Position numbers and translations under genes: made by a program
Assembly (NCBI GenBank): GCA_031268315.1
Contig: JAIRXK010000010.1
Span: 1-32,000 of the forward strand
DNA length: 32,000 bases
Direction of reading: 5' to 3'
Origin: Puniceicoccales bacterium
GTDB lineage: Bacteria > Verrucomicrobiota > Verrucomicrobiia > Opitutales > JAIRLM01
The notes under the pieces: model-generated
The model's input: only the letters and a program-made list of their open reading frames with translations
What the model was told of the DNA's origin: nothing
The model's database searches: none
Shown: positions 1-9,200 of the stretch, one piece after another
Numbering within the stretch: position 1 is the first letter of the stretch
Layout: each line of letters opens with the position of its first letter

Positions 1-431
1 CCTAGGATTTCGGCGACCTTGCCCCATTGGCCCAGGGTGCACATGTGCACTAAAAGCTTTGCCGCGAGCTGCTGCAGCGTATGTTGCTCTGGGAGAACGA
101 TCGACGCGCTCTGCGGCCGCCGATGCCAGGTTTGAAAAATGATCGCCAGTGCTTCGGGATTTGCCCGTGTCCCCGCCAGAAACATGGCCACACTTTTTAC
201 TAACGCGTCGCTCAGATCGTGGTCCAGCACCGTTGAAATGTATTTTTCCAATTCTAGGGCCTGCTCCATTTTCCAACTAGTTTCCGGCGTCTGGGCGGAG
301 GGTGGCGGATTGGAAGAAAGTTGCCGGGCGGATGCGGCCCGCGCCGGCGAGTTTAATCCCCCATTGGGGCTACTTTCGCCCTTTTCGCGGGCCTGATAAT
401 CCAGGGGATTCATTTGCTGAAAATTTGACAT
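1..431 (-). CDS. Hypothetical protein, N-terminal part only (ORF runs off the left edge; absent from supplied ORF track); candidate T3S substrate
   Basis: Hand translation of minus strand from ATG 431..429 gives MSNFQQMNPLDYQAREKGESSPNGGLNSPARAASARQLSSNPPPSAQTPETSWKMEQALELEKYISTVLDHDLSDALVKSVAMFLAGTRANPEALAIIFQTWHRRPQSASIVLPEQHTLQQLAAKLLVHMCTLGQWGKVAEIL... with no stop in 143 codons. GGAGGAG (443..437) lies 5 nt upstream of the ATG, and a sigma70-type promoter lies upstream. No family recognised. Confidence 0.7.
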   Translation of the reverse strand, partial: MSNFQQMNPLDYQAREKGESSPNGGLNSPARAASARQLSSNPPPSAQTPETSWKMEQALELEKYISTVLDHDLSDALVKSVAMFLAGTRANPEALAIIFQTWHRRPQSASIVLPEQHTLQQLAAKLLVHMCTLGQWGKVAEIL

Positions 432-456
432 AGATGCTCCTCCGGTTGGAGATCCC

Positions 457-484
457 ACCATAGGAAATATTTTCCAATTGTCAA
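457..484 (-). promoter_or_regulatory. Sigma-70/66-type promoter for the 1..431 minus-strand gene
   Basis: Minus strand reads TTGACA (484..479), a 16-nt spacer, then TATGGT (462..457). The SD and ATG at 431 follow about 20 nt downstream. Confidence 0.55.
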
Positions 485-734
485 TGCTTAAATGCCTCAT
501 CTGCAGACGGAAAGCATTCTACCAACGCCCAAAAAATTTAAAAGGGAGTCCAACTCATGCAATTGAGGTATTCTTTTAGTCTGAATGCTTTACTGAAAAA
601 TTTTTCGCCGATATAGATTTTACGAAAATGCTTCTCCCGCCCATCGATCGGATAGAGAATCATATTTTCGCATCGGAGAACGACTATGTTCGGAGTTCTC
701 ATTTGTCTATCATCCTGATGTAGAGAGACTTATC

Positions 735-771
735 TTTTTTTAAAAAAACATCGATTTTTTTTTAAAAAACA
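735..771. repeat. Two tandem self-complementary T-tract/A-tract elements (T7A7CA, TCGA, T9A6CA) in a divergent intergenic region
   Basis: Read directly: tttttttaaaaaaaca tcga tttttttttaaaaaaca. Each TnAn block is its own reverse complement. It lies between the divergent genes 1..431(-) and 818..1264(+). Confidence 0.8.
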
Positions 772-817
772 CTTGAATCAGGGATCTCCGGAAAGATAGA
801 TCGAGGAGTATAAAATT

Positions 818-1264
818 ATGAATATGGACCTTCGCAGCGAAGTAAACGGAATATTGGCGCGCCTGGCGCGGTCTTTGCACTTGGATGAATTGTCGCTGGA
901 TAATAATTTGCACTGCATGCTCATGTTTGATGACAAAATTATCCTTAATTTGGAGCTAGATGAAAAGCATGAGCATCTCATTTCCTATTCCTATATCGGA
1001 GAGGTTCCACTCGTTGGGCGGGAAAATATTTTCGAAAAGCTTCTTGAGCCCAATTTTTTTTGGAACGGAACCAACGGAATGACCATTGGCATTGATAAAC
1101 AATCGCAGACTGTTGTATTAATGATGCGTTTTCAGCTCCCTTTAAAGAGTGCTGAGAACTTTGAAGAAAATTTGGCGGATTTTGTTGACACCACGGAATT
1201 TTGGATGCATAAACTGTCTACAATGACGCAGGAGGCAGAGGAAATTTCTCTGGCCGCTGATTGA
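818..1264 (+). CDS. Type III secretion chaperone, CesT/SycE (class I) family
   Basis: 148 aa, small and acidic. The N-terminal pattern LARSLHLDELSLDNNLHCMLMFDDKIILNLELDEKHEHLISYSYIG followed by ...IGIDKQSQTVVLMMRF matches the CesT/Tir-chaperone architecture (target-peptide description, then 'no/partial' beta strands). GAGGAG (803..808) lies 9 nt upstream of the ATG. Confidence 0.75.
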   Translation: MNMDLRSEVNGILARLARSLHLDELSLDNNLHCMLMFDDKIILNLELDEKHEHLISYSYIGEVPLVGRENIFEKLLEPNFFWNGTNGMTIGIDKQSQTVVLMMRFQLPLKSAENFEENLADFVDTTEFWMHKLSTMTQEAEEISLAAD

Positions 1265-1273
1265 GTCATTTAG

Positions 1274-1567
1274 ATGGGTGGAAAAATGGATATCTTGAAA
1301 GTAAGTTCGGGAATCATTGGGCGTTCGAAAATACCTGCTGATGTGATCGGAAGTAGTCAATTGAATCAGCAAAATGCTAGTATAGGGTTTGGGAAGCGTA
1401 ATGTTGCGGGTTACAATAAAACGGGCAAAGTTAGTACGCTCTCTAGTTGCGCATTCGACGACCATGATAAGACAAAGGGCTTCGGAGGACGCAGTGTTTC
1501 AAAAATGGAAGGCAGGGATGCTCGTTGCCAGACATATGGACAATATATGGGAAACAGAGACATCTAG
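1274..1567 (+). CDS. Small hypothetical protein directly downstream of the T3S chaperone (possible cognate substrate)
   Basis: 97-aa ORF starting 10 nt after the chaperone stop (alternative ATG at 1286). It is Gly/Ser/Lys-rich with no hydrophobic core. It competes with antisense ORFs 1142..1465 and 1443..1745, so coding status is uncertain. Confidence 0.35.
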   Translation: MGGKMDILKVSSGIIGRSKIPADVIGSSQLNQQNASIGFGKRNVAGYNKTGKVSTLSSCAFDDHDKTKGFGGRSVSKMEGRDARCQTYGQYMGNRDI

Positions 1568-1728
1568 ACCGGCACGAGCACGGTGATGTAATCGCAGTAT
1601 TGCCGTAGTTACTTAAGGGTGAAGTAGATGCCGACTGAGCTCCCATGCCACTGCGTGGGCGTACTGTGTTCTTGCTCCGTGCAATTCTGTTGCAGTGGTG
1701 CTTTGTGCGCGTCTTGGGAAAATTTATA

Positions 1729-2169
1729 ATGAGGTATTTGGGCATCGATTACGGCACCCGTCGCCTGGGATTGAGCTATGGAGACGAGATGGGTGTGGCC
1801 GTTCCCGTCGATCCCATCATTTATGCGCATGAAGAAGTTCTTTGGAATAGTCTGGATGCGGCAATTCGAAGTAGAAAAATTGATGCGTTTGTCTTGGGCT
1901 ACCCCACCCACATGTGTGGAAAATCAACAAAAATTACGGCCTTGGTGGAACAATTTGAGAAAAAGCTTTGCGTCCGCTACGGAAAGCCAATCCACCGTAG
2001 CGATGAGCGGCTAACGTCGTTTCAGGTATTCGCAGACCATTCAACCTACGGAACGGGACCAGCTTACAGGAATATGGGGCGCCATCGACGCACGGGCAAA
2101 GATGATTCGCGGGCCGCAGCGGTGATTCTTCAGGATTTTTTAGACGGAATTAATTCAATGAATCACTGA
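1729..2169 (+). CDS. ruvX: YqgF/RuvX putative pre-16S rRNA nuclease (Holliday junction resolvase-like)
   Basis: MRYLGIDYGTRRLGLSYGD at the N-terminus matches the RuvX G-[IL]-D-x-G-x-x-R-x-G motif; then IDAFVLGYP...G, DERLTS, and AAAVILQDFLD at the C-terminus. The start was moved from the track's 1645 to ATG 1729 to fit the family N-terminus. Confidence 0.85.
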   Translation: MRYLGIDYGTRRLGLSYGDEMGVAVPVDPIIYAHEEVLWNSLDAAIRSRKIDAFVLGYPTHMCGKSTKITALVEQFEKKLCVRYGKPIHRSDERLTSFQVFADHSTYGTGPAYRNMGRHRRTGKDDSRAAAVILQDFLDGINSMNH

Positions 2170-2356
2170 AATTCATCGACGAGCTGCTGGAATGAAAAGG
2201 TGGCGTACCGTGCTCGACATGAAAATGAGCAACGTTGCAAAATATCGTCCAGCGATGCAACTGTGGCAGTCAACTTTGCCATCTGCTGCATTTGCCTTGG
2301 GTGAGCAATTGGTCATGGGCAATTTTGAAAAAATATTTCTAGACCGTAAATTTTTC

Positions 2357-2384
2357 TTGCAATAGCAAGTTTAGGTGCTAGCTT
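2357..2384 (+). promoter_or_regulatory. Candidate promoter upstream of the permease gene
   Basis: TTGCAA (2357..2362), a 16-nt spacer, then TAGCTT (2379..2384). This is the same TTGCAA-N16-TAxxTT layout as upstream of the two kinase-like genes. It would leave only about 3-9 nt of leader before ATG 2394, which weakens the call. Confidence 0.3.
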
Positions 2385-2393
2385 CCGGGCACC

Positions 2394-3542
2394 ATGAGTG
2401 GAAGATGTATTACCTTTACAGGTGGATTCTCTCGTCTGCGCGCCGCCTTTCTTATTGCTGGCACAGCAATTGGCGCCGGCGAGCTTGGCCTCCCAATGGC
2501 CCTAAGCAAAGCCGGATATGTTCCCGCATTTTTCGGCACACTGCTGGTGTATTTGTGCATGCTCGCATCCGGTATGCTGACGACGAAGCTTTTTTTAAAT
2601 TCCCATGCGGAAGATCTGCCTTCACTTTTCCGTAGTCACTTGGGAAAATGTTGGGCAGGTGTTTTTAATTGCAGCTATTTTGCTTTGGCATTTTGTCTGC
2701 TGGTTGCCTATTGGAGCGGGCTATTTAGCCTTCTCGGCGGAACGAAATTGGCACTCGCTGTGCTGGGAATTTTTGCAGGAATTCTATTCATGGGTCTCGG
2801 TGGAAAGTTTTTATTCGTTACACAGATGAATACGCTCTTAACCGCTGCTCTCGTAGCTGTATTTTGCGCACTCATTGTCTACGGATTTACCCATGGGAAT
2901 CAGCCCATTGCTGGGCATCAGTCATGGAAACACCTGCCCTGTGGTCTTCCGGTCATTCTATGCAGTTTCGGCTATCACCAGGTCATACCCATTGTTTGCA
3001 AGCAGCTCGGCAGCAACAAACGTGTTATCTTTTCGACCCTCATTCTTGGCACGATACTACCATTGCTTTTTGCTCTGAGCGTCTTTACGCTGGGATTTCA
3101 TCTATTTTCGCCGGAAGAATTGGCACTGGCAGCGAAGCGTGGAATTCCCATGTTTGCACTCCTCCGTGACAGCGCAATTTCAAAGCCGCTCGTATGTCTA
3201 GGACGATGCTTCTCACTGCTGGCCATCGGCACTTCGCTACTGGGCATATCTCTGGCAATGAGGGGTGCTATCAATGACCTCCTACGTGGCAAAAATCGAT
3301 TTCGTATGAAGGAAATGCTCGTCCTCCTGCCATTTCCCATCGCCATGCTTAATCCCGGATTATTTCTGTTTGTCCTCGGACTATGCGGAGGGATATTTGG
3401 CAATCTCATTGCAGGGATCATTCCCGTAATGCCATTTCTACTTGCCGATCGATTCCGCTTCCGCTATCTCTTATTGTGGGGTATTTTTGTCGGAATTTTT
3501 GCCATTGAAGTTTCGCAAATCGTGCGCGCCGCCATTTGCTAA
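2394..3542 (+). CDS. Aromatic amino acid (Tyr/Trp) permease, HAAAP/TyrP-Mtr family
   Basis: 382-aa polytopic membrane protein. The N-terminal FLIAGTAIGAGELGLPMALSKAGY matches the Trp/Tyr permease signature (GTAIGAGMLxLP). Hydrophobic segments continue throughout. Confidence 0.8.
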   Translation: MSGRCITFTGGFSRLRAAFLIAGTAIGAGELGLPMALSKAGYVPAFFGTLLVYLCMLASGMLTTKLFLNSHAEDLPSLFRSHLGKCWAGVFNCSYFALAFCLLVAYWSGLFSLLGGTKLALAVLGIFAGILFMGLGGKFLFVTQMNTLLTAALVAVFCALIVYGFTHGNQPIAGHQSWKHLPCGLPVILCSFGYHQVIPIVCKQLGSNKRVIFSTLILGTILPLLFALSVFTLGFHLFSPEELALAAKRGIPMFALLRDSAISKPLVCLGRCFSLLAIGTSLLGISLAMRGAINDLLRGKNRFRMKEMLVLLPFPIAMLNPGLFLFVLGLCGGIFGNLIAGIIPVMPFLLADRFRFRYLLLWGIFVGIFAIEVSQIVRAAIC

Positions 3543-3561
3543 TGGATGGGGCAGTGCGGAC

Positions 3562-4488
3562 CTACTTTTCCCTTTGCAGTGAAATTCTTGGGTCAATGGA
3601 CAGAAGAAGTAGGTCTGCGATAAGATTAAAAATGACAACGAGGGATGCGTAGATAATTAGAATACCGCCAATTACTGTGTAATCTCGGTTACCTATTGCC
3701 TGTATAAACAGACGTCCCATTCCCGGTATGTTGAATAGATTTTCAATTACAAATATCCCACTTAGGACACCGGCGCTGCATGGGCCGAGGTAGGCTATAA
3801 CCGGCTGAATGCCATTAAAAAAAATGTGCCTTTTGAAAATTTTCCATGGAGAAAGACCCTTTGCCATCGCCGTGCGTACGTAGAGCTGCGTCCGCTGCTC
3901 AGCCATGCTTTGCCGCGTCAGCCGTCCAATAAATGCGGAATAGTAGAGTACCAATGTAGTTAGCGGGAGAATGGCGCTGCGAAGATTGCCCCAGCCGAAT
4001 GCTGGGAAAATATGAAATTTATAGACAAAAACATAGCAAAGAATCGGACCCACCACATAGGCGGGCATGCAAATGAGGAATACTTCTGCGCCGGACAGTA
4101 GTCGGTCCCACCACTTTCCATATGCCACTGCCTGCATAAGACCTACGGTGATCCCAATGGCAATGGACAGAATGAGGGCACACGCACCTAGCGTGAAACT
4201 GGTTCTCATTTTATTTTGCAAAAGTTCGCCGACGGACCAGCCAATTTGCCGATAGGACGGGCCCAAATCTCCGTGTAAAATTTTTCCCATGTAATTTCCG
4301 TACTGGGATATGAGCGAATCTCTGTCGCCGTAGTAAGCTTCCATTGCAATGCGAATCTCTCCTGGCAATTCTCGCTCATCGTCAAACGGCCCGCCCGGAA
4401 CATAGCGCAGCATAACAAATGTGAGGGTTAAAACCAGCCACACCACGGGAATGGTGCTAAAAAGACGGCGCAGGCAATGAAGAAACAT
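3562..4488 (-). CDS. oppB: Oligopeptide/dipeptide ABC transporter permease
   Basis: 308 aa. The N-terminal LRRLFSTIPVVWLVLTLTFVMLRYVPGGPF is the typical OppB/DppB start, followed by YGNYMGKILHGDLGPSY and the binding-protein-dependent transport permease region ...YVRTAMAKGLS.... Confidence 0.88.
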   Translation of the reverse strand: MFLHCLRRLFSTIPVVWLVLTLTFVMLRYVPGGPFDDERELPGEIRIAMEAYYGDRDSLISQYGNYMGKILHGDLGPSYRQIGWSVGELLQNKMRTSFTLGACALILSIAIGITVGLMQAVAYGKWWDRLLSGAEVFLICMPAYVVGPILCYVFVYKFHIFPAFGWGNLRSAILPLTTLVLYYSAFIGRLTRQSMAEQRTQLYVRTAMAKGLSPWKIFKRHIFFNGIQPVIAYLGPCSAGVLSGIFVIENLFNIPGMGRLFIQAIGNRDYTVIGGILIIYASLVVIFNLIADLLLLSIDPRISLQREK

Positions 4489-4493
4489 AGATA

Positions 4494-6098
4494 CTACGGA
4501 TTTTTGATTGTAATATTTTGATAGAGGTGGTAGTCAATCAAGTTTGAATGCCATCCACGAATGCGGGAGGAAATGAGGTGTCTATTGGTGTCAAAGTAGA
4601 GCGGCAAAATGGGTGCTTCGGCCATGAGAATTGCCTCCGCTTTGGCATAGGCGCTCCTTCGCTTTCCTTCGGAAGTTGTTGCCACTGCCTTTTCCATGTA
4701 GTGATCAAATTTTTGATGATGCCAGCGGGTATAATTATTAGGTGCATTGCACTGGAAAAGTTCCAAAAATGTCTGCGGATCATTGAAGTCTCCGACCCAT
4801 CCACCGCGGCCAATGTCATAGTTTCCACTGCGGCGCGTGATGAGGAATGATTTCCATTCCTCATTGCGCAGAATGACTTCGATTCCCAATTCCCTCTTCC
4901 ACATTTCTTGAATAACTTGAGCAATAAATTGGTGTGTATTCGACGTATTAAAGGTGAGGCTCAGTTGTGGAAATCCTACTCCGCCTGGAAATCCCGCTTC
5001 GGCAAGCAAACGTCGCGCTTCCTCGGGCTGATAGCCCAAGTTTTCTCCGGAATAGCAATAGCCACCGACTCCGGGTGGAACTAAATTTCCAGCGGCAAAT
5101 TTTGCATCGAAGTGAATTAGGCGGCATAGGGCGCTACGGTCGATGGCCATGGACAATGCCCGGCGAACGCGGCGGTCATCCAATGGAAAATGTTCACAGT
5201 TAAAGATGTAGTAGAAGCTGTGCAAACTTGCGGTTTCATGGAACAGTTGGGGATAGCGGATGCGAAAATCATCGAGAAAATTTTCAGAAACGGAGGCCGT
5301 AATATCAATTTCGCCGGCAAAAAATGCATTTTGCACCGCCATTTTATCAGTAAGCGGGTAGAAAACTACCCGTTCTACGGCAACATCATCACTTCCATGG
5401 TAATAGACATTTTTTTCAATGACGATGCGATCCCCAATGCGCCATTCCTTCAATGCATAGGGGCCATTGCTGAGCATATGCGGCGGTTGAGCCCAGGGCG
5501 TGTCACGCCTTTCCATGGCACCGAAAGATTGCAAATTTTTTTTTGAAATCGGCGACCATGCGGGATGGGTGAGCAGGGCGAGAAAATAGGCCGTTGGTTT
5601 TTCTAGTGCGATTTCCAAGTGCCGGTCGTCCAGGGCACGAATTCCAACCTCCTCCCAGGGAACCTTCCCTTCATAGTATGGGCGGCATTTTTTTACAGGA
5701 AATGCCAAGTCAACTAGCGGCGATGCGATGGAAGTGGTGAGTAATCGCTGCAATGCATTCACAAAGTCGCCGGCACAGACGGCACTGCCATCGCTCCATT
5801 TCGCATCGGGTCGCAGCGTAAATAGGTACGTGCATCCATCGGACGAAATTTCCCATTGCTCTGCCACGGCCGGAAGTGGTTCAAGGGTCACCTCATCCAT
5901 GGCAACCAAACCTTCGAATAAACCGCGCAGGACAGAAATCCCTTGGAGATCGCAGGCAATGTGCGGGTCCAGTGAAGCCGGCTCGCTGCCATTGGCTATG
6001 TGCAGCGTCGCTAGGCTTGTCTGCTGCACGGTCCTCCCACACGCAAAGGCAATGCCGCTACCTAGGAGCAATGTGAAGATAAGTCGCAGTCGTCTCAT
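4494..6098 (-). CDS. oppA: Peptide ABC transporter substrate-binding protein (family 5), probable lipoprotein
   Basis: Family-5 SBP features are present throughout (WSDGSAV.AGDFV, SNGPYALKEWRIGDRIVIEKNVYYHG, GWVGDFNDP). The start was moved to ATG 6098 (MRRLRLIFTLLLGSGIAFAC...), giving a signal peptide that ends in Cys. It lies 5 nt upstream of oppB on the same strand. Confidence 0.85.
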   Translation of the reverse strand: MRRLRLIFTLLLGSGIAFACGRTVQQTSLATLHIANGSEPASLDPHIACDLQGISVLRGLFEGLVAMDEVTLEPLPAVAEQWEISSDGCTYLFTLRPDAKWSDGSAVCAGDFVNALQRLLTTSIASPLVDLAFPVKKCRPYYEGKVPWEEVGIRALDDRHLEIALEKPTAYFLALLTHPAWSPISKKNLQSFGAMERRDTPWAQPPHMLSNGPYALKEWRIGDRIVIEKNVYYHGSDDVAVERVVFYPLTDKMAVQNAFFAGEIDITASVSENFLDDFRIRYPQLFHETASLHSFYYIFNCEHFPLDDRRVRRALSMAIDRSALCRLIHFDAKFAAGNLVPPGVGGYCYSGENLGYQPEEARRLLAEAGFPGGVGFPQLSLTFNTSNTHQFIAQVIQEMWKRELGIEVILRNEEWKSFLITRRSGNYDIGRGGWVGDFNDPQTFLELFQCNAPNNYTRWHHQKFDHYMEKAVATTSEGKRRSAYAKAEAILMAEAPILPLYFDTNRHLISSRIRGWHSNLIDYHLYQNITIKNP

Positions 6099-6187
6099 AT
6101 TTGAAGGAAAGCACAGCCCATCGCCCAAGGAAAGCTTTTTTGGCAATGGGTTTGAACAAACGGCCGATTAAATTTGTGAAATTTTTC

Positions 6188-6215
6188 TTGCAAATTCAAA
6201 AATTTCCCCTAAATT
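6188..6215 (+). promoter_or_regulatory. Promoter of kinase-like gene A (conserved with paralogue B)
   Basis: TTGCAA (6188..6193), the 16-nt spacer attcaaaaatttcccc, then TAAATT (6210..6215). The whole block aaatttttCTTGCAAATTCAAAAATTTCCCCTAaATT recurs nearly unchanged upstream of gene B. Confidence 0.6.
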
Positions 6216-6270
6216 CATTAAATTATGGGGAGTCATATATATTCACTTGCTTAGCTTAATAGATAATAAA

Positions 6271-9200
6271 ATGTGTAATGAATTGGAAAAAATACATCAA
6301 AGCTGCGGAAAATGGCTTGGAATCCATGCCGTTGGTCCTGCTGCAAAAATAACTGCGGTGCTCATTGCTACGGCAACCGTTATTTTAGAATTTCCCATTT
6401 GGATTTTGGCGGCTCTGTTTGTCTGCCCAATAGCGGCTATCGCTGGGCACAAAGATTTTGCAATAAATATTCTCCGCATGCGATATATTCAAATTTTCCT
6501 AGATGCAGCATTTTCTAAAGCTAAATTTTCCGACGACGCCATAGCGAAGGAGGATCAGTACTCGAGTGAATTCGAGAATAAAGTAATAAAACTTGACGAG
6601 CATGAAAACCTAAAAAATTCTGACAATACATCCTTAGACGGCTTCGAGCTGCAGCTTCCACAATTGAATAGTAACCATGACTCCACGCATGTGGCTCCGA
6701 AAAATTCCCAGGTAATGTCTCTCAGTGGTAATGTATTGTGCGTACGAGACAGCTCAATAATGCGCAAGCAATTCCATGACATTGAAGCATTAGATCTTTT
6801 GCTAAAGTTGAGTTTTCCCTCCCCGCAATTTATAGTAAGGGAGAATGCTTTTGGCTCGGAATCGACCTTTCTTGATTGCAATAGAGGCCTTTTTGATTTC
6901 GAATATAGATTTTTAGAAATCTCTAATCGGGCCCCTTTTAAGATTATCCCATTCCATGATTCCCGAGTGAATGGCGATTGTCATACTTTCATCACTGAAG
7001 TCACTTTTTTAATCGAAGATAAAATTTGGAAAAATCAAAACATCTATATGGAAGTAAATTCAGTATTCATTGAAGTTCTTAAAGCTATTTACATGTCTCT
7101 AAATGAAACACTATTAAAAGTCCAATTTCAAAATGGAGAATTACTGCAATCTTCCACCGACCATCGCCTAATGACATTCTTTCCTGAGCAATGTAGTAAC
7201 GCTGATTACTTCAAGACACTTTATGATGGGGTAATATGTCCTATTTTAAAAAAATTTTCCCTGAAGCCACCTAATTATACTATAGCCATGAAGTACCTTG
7301 CAAAAATTTGGGCCTTTTTGGAAAACAGTCTTTTCCTGAAAGCAGATCATGGCGATTTTTCAACCGGCATAATTCCCCTAGAATTTTGTCCGCAAGTTCG
7401 CAGCAAAACTCCAAAATTGACGTACGAGACTGCGGGACAAGCTGGCGATTTCATGGGCTTATTTTCGAATACTATACTTCAAAACGTTCCATTGAATGGC
7501 GATTGCAATTTTGTTAATTTTCAGCATATCAATTTAATTAATCTCAAATGCAATCTTGTGTGCAACGCTGGATTAAAATTTTCCATGATTGCCATTACTA
7601 TGCCATTGTTAATAATCGAATCCAAGAAATTGCCTTTTAGCGGAAGTGAAATTTCTAAGGATCCTAATTCAGCGCTAGACGAAGTTATTTTCGGTTTCAT
7701 TGACCATAAAATATGGGAAAATGCGAATTGGAGTGAGTGTTCCTACGAGAAATTTTTACTTCCTAGCATAATCAATAAATTCTATGATGAGTGCGATAAA
7801 AATATAAAAGTGGAAATACAGGATAAAGGTTTAGATAAAGCCAAGGAGAAGGAAGTATATGAATTTATAGCATCCAATGCGCCGCTTAAATTGTATTGTT
7901 TATATGATGTCACTAAAATTATCATGAAAAATGAAAGTAAAAATATAAGAATAGATAGAAGTAAACTTATATCAATATACGTTTGCATCTTTAATAGTTT
8001 TACAGAAAGAGTGAATAATGAATTCGAATGCTCAATAGAATTATTGCCTTTTCCGAATTTTATTAGCAATAGTAGCAATGGCAAAAAACTGAAATCATCA
8101 GACATTAAGGTAATACTGGATCAACTCGAAAGAGGCTCAATGAGAGCGGCAATAACAGATCATGATTTGCTTTATATTGTACACTCTGGGAAAATGACAA
8201 ACTTAATCAATGATGTCATAGGATGTGATGTGATTAAAATAATTGGATCTGGCATTGTCAGCGTTGTTCTCGAAGTGCTTTTGGACGGAGACAAGTCGCA
8301 CTGCATTAAAAAAATTTTTAGCGATGATCTAGAGAGTTCTAGTTTTTGCATAGGAGTGGCTTCTAGTTTTTTCGAACAACAAACACAGAAAAAACCCCTA
8401 TTAGCTGAAAGAACAAATTTGGTAGGCATGATAGGCGCTCTTTTTGTAAAGCATGGTGGCGAGAATAGCTATTCACCGACCCACACTACTACTGTTTGCG
8501 AAGGCGAAAATTGCAAATATATCGTAATGTCAAAATGTGGGGATACGACATTGTATAATTTTAGAAATAGTAAGGAGAAAATTGCAGAACTAGCAATTAG
8601 ATCACTAATACACTGCCAATTTCTTGAAATGATTATTGGCGATATGGATTTTCACGCAGGGAATTGCTTGTTTGATGGAGTAAGATTTTACCTCATCGAC
8701 GCGGGATATTCATTTGTTCCATTTGATATTTTATCCGATGATCCATTTGACAGTGCGGCAGAATTTTTTTTCAATTGTGATTACCTGTGTTCGCAGTCTG
8801 AAAGAAGTGAGAATGAGCAAAAAATTAAAACTCTCTTCTCTGAAAAAATGGGAGAATTTTCAAAGCTAGCATTTCTTACAGAAGATTGTAATCTTAAAAA
8901 ACTATCATACATTAAATGTGACCATATCGAAAATGCATGCTGCGGCAATGATAATTTGAGAAAAATTCAGAATATGCAAGATATAACAGAAGCTCTAAAT
9001 AATTACAAAACAAACTCTTTAGAAGAAAAAAAGAAAGAAGCAAAGTGCACAATGAGCATTCACACTAAATTGCCCCCACTTACGAAAGAATTTAAAAAAA
9101 TGTATGCTGCGATACTAGAGGACTGCGCGGACATCGTGCCAAAGTATATGCAGGAAAATCAATTTACTGTGAAGGAAATTTCCGCAGCAGAAAATCGCAT

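Noticed and set aside
139-396. Track ORF of 85 aa on the plus strand
   Set aside because: It lies entirely antisense to the longer open frame 1..431 on the minus strand. That frame has a strong SD, an ATG and a promoter, so the plus-strand ORF is most likely a shadow ORF in GC-rich coding DNA.
2192-2365. 57-aa ORF (MKRWRTVLDMKMSNVAKYRPAMQLWQSTLPSAAFALGEQLVMGNFEKIFLDRKFFLQ) in the ruvX-permease intergenic region
   Set aside because: It is below the track threshold, has no SD and no recognisable family, and its 3' end overlaps the candidate permease promoter. There is not enough evidence to call a gene.
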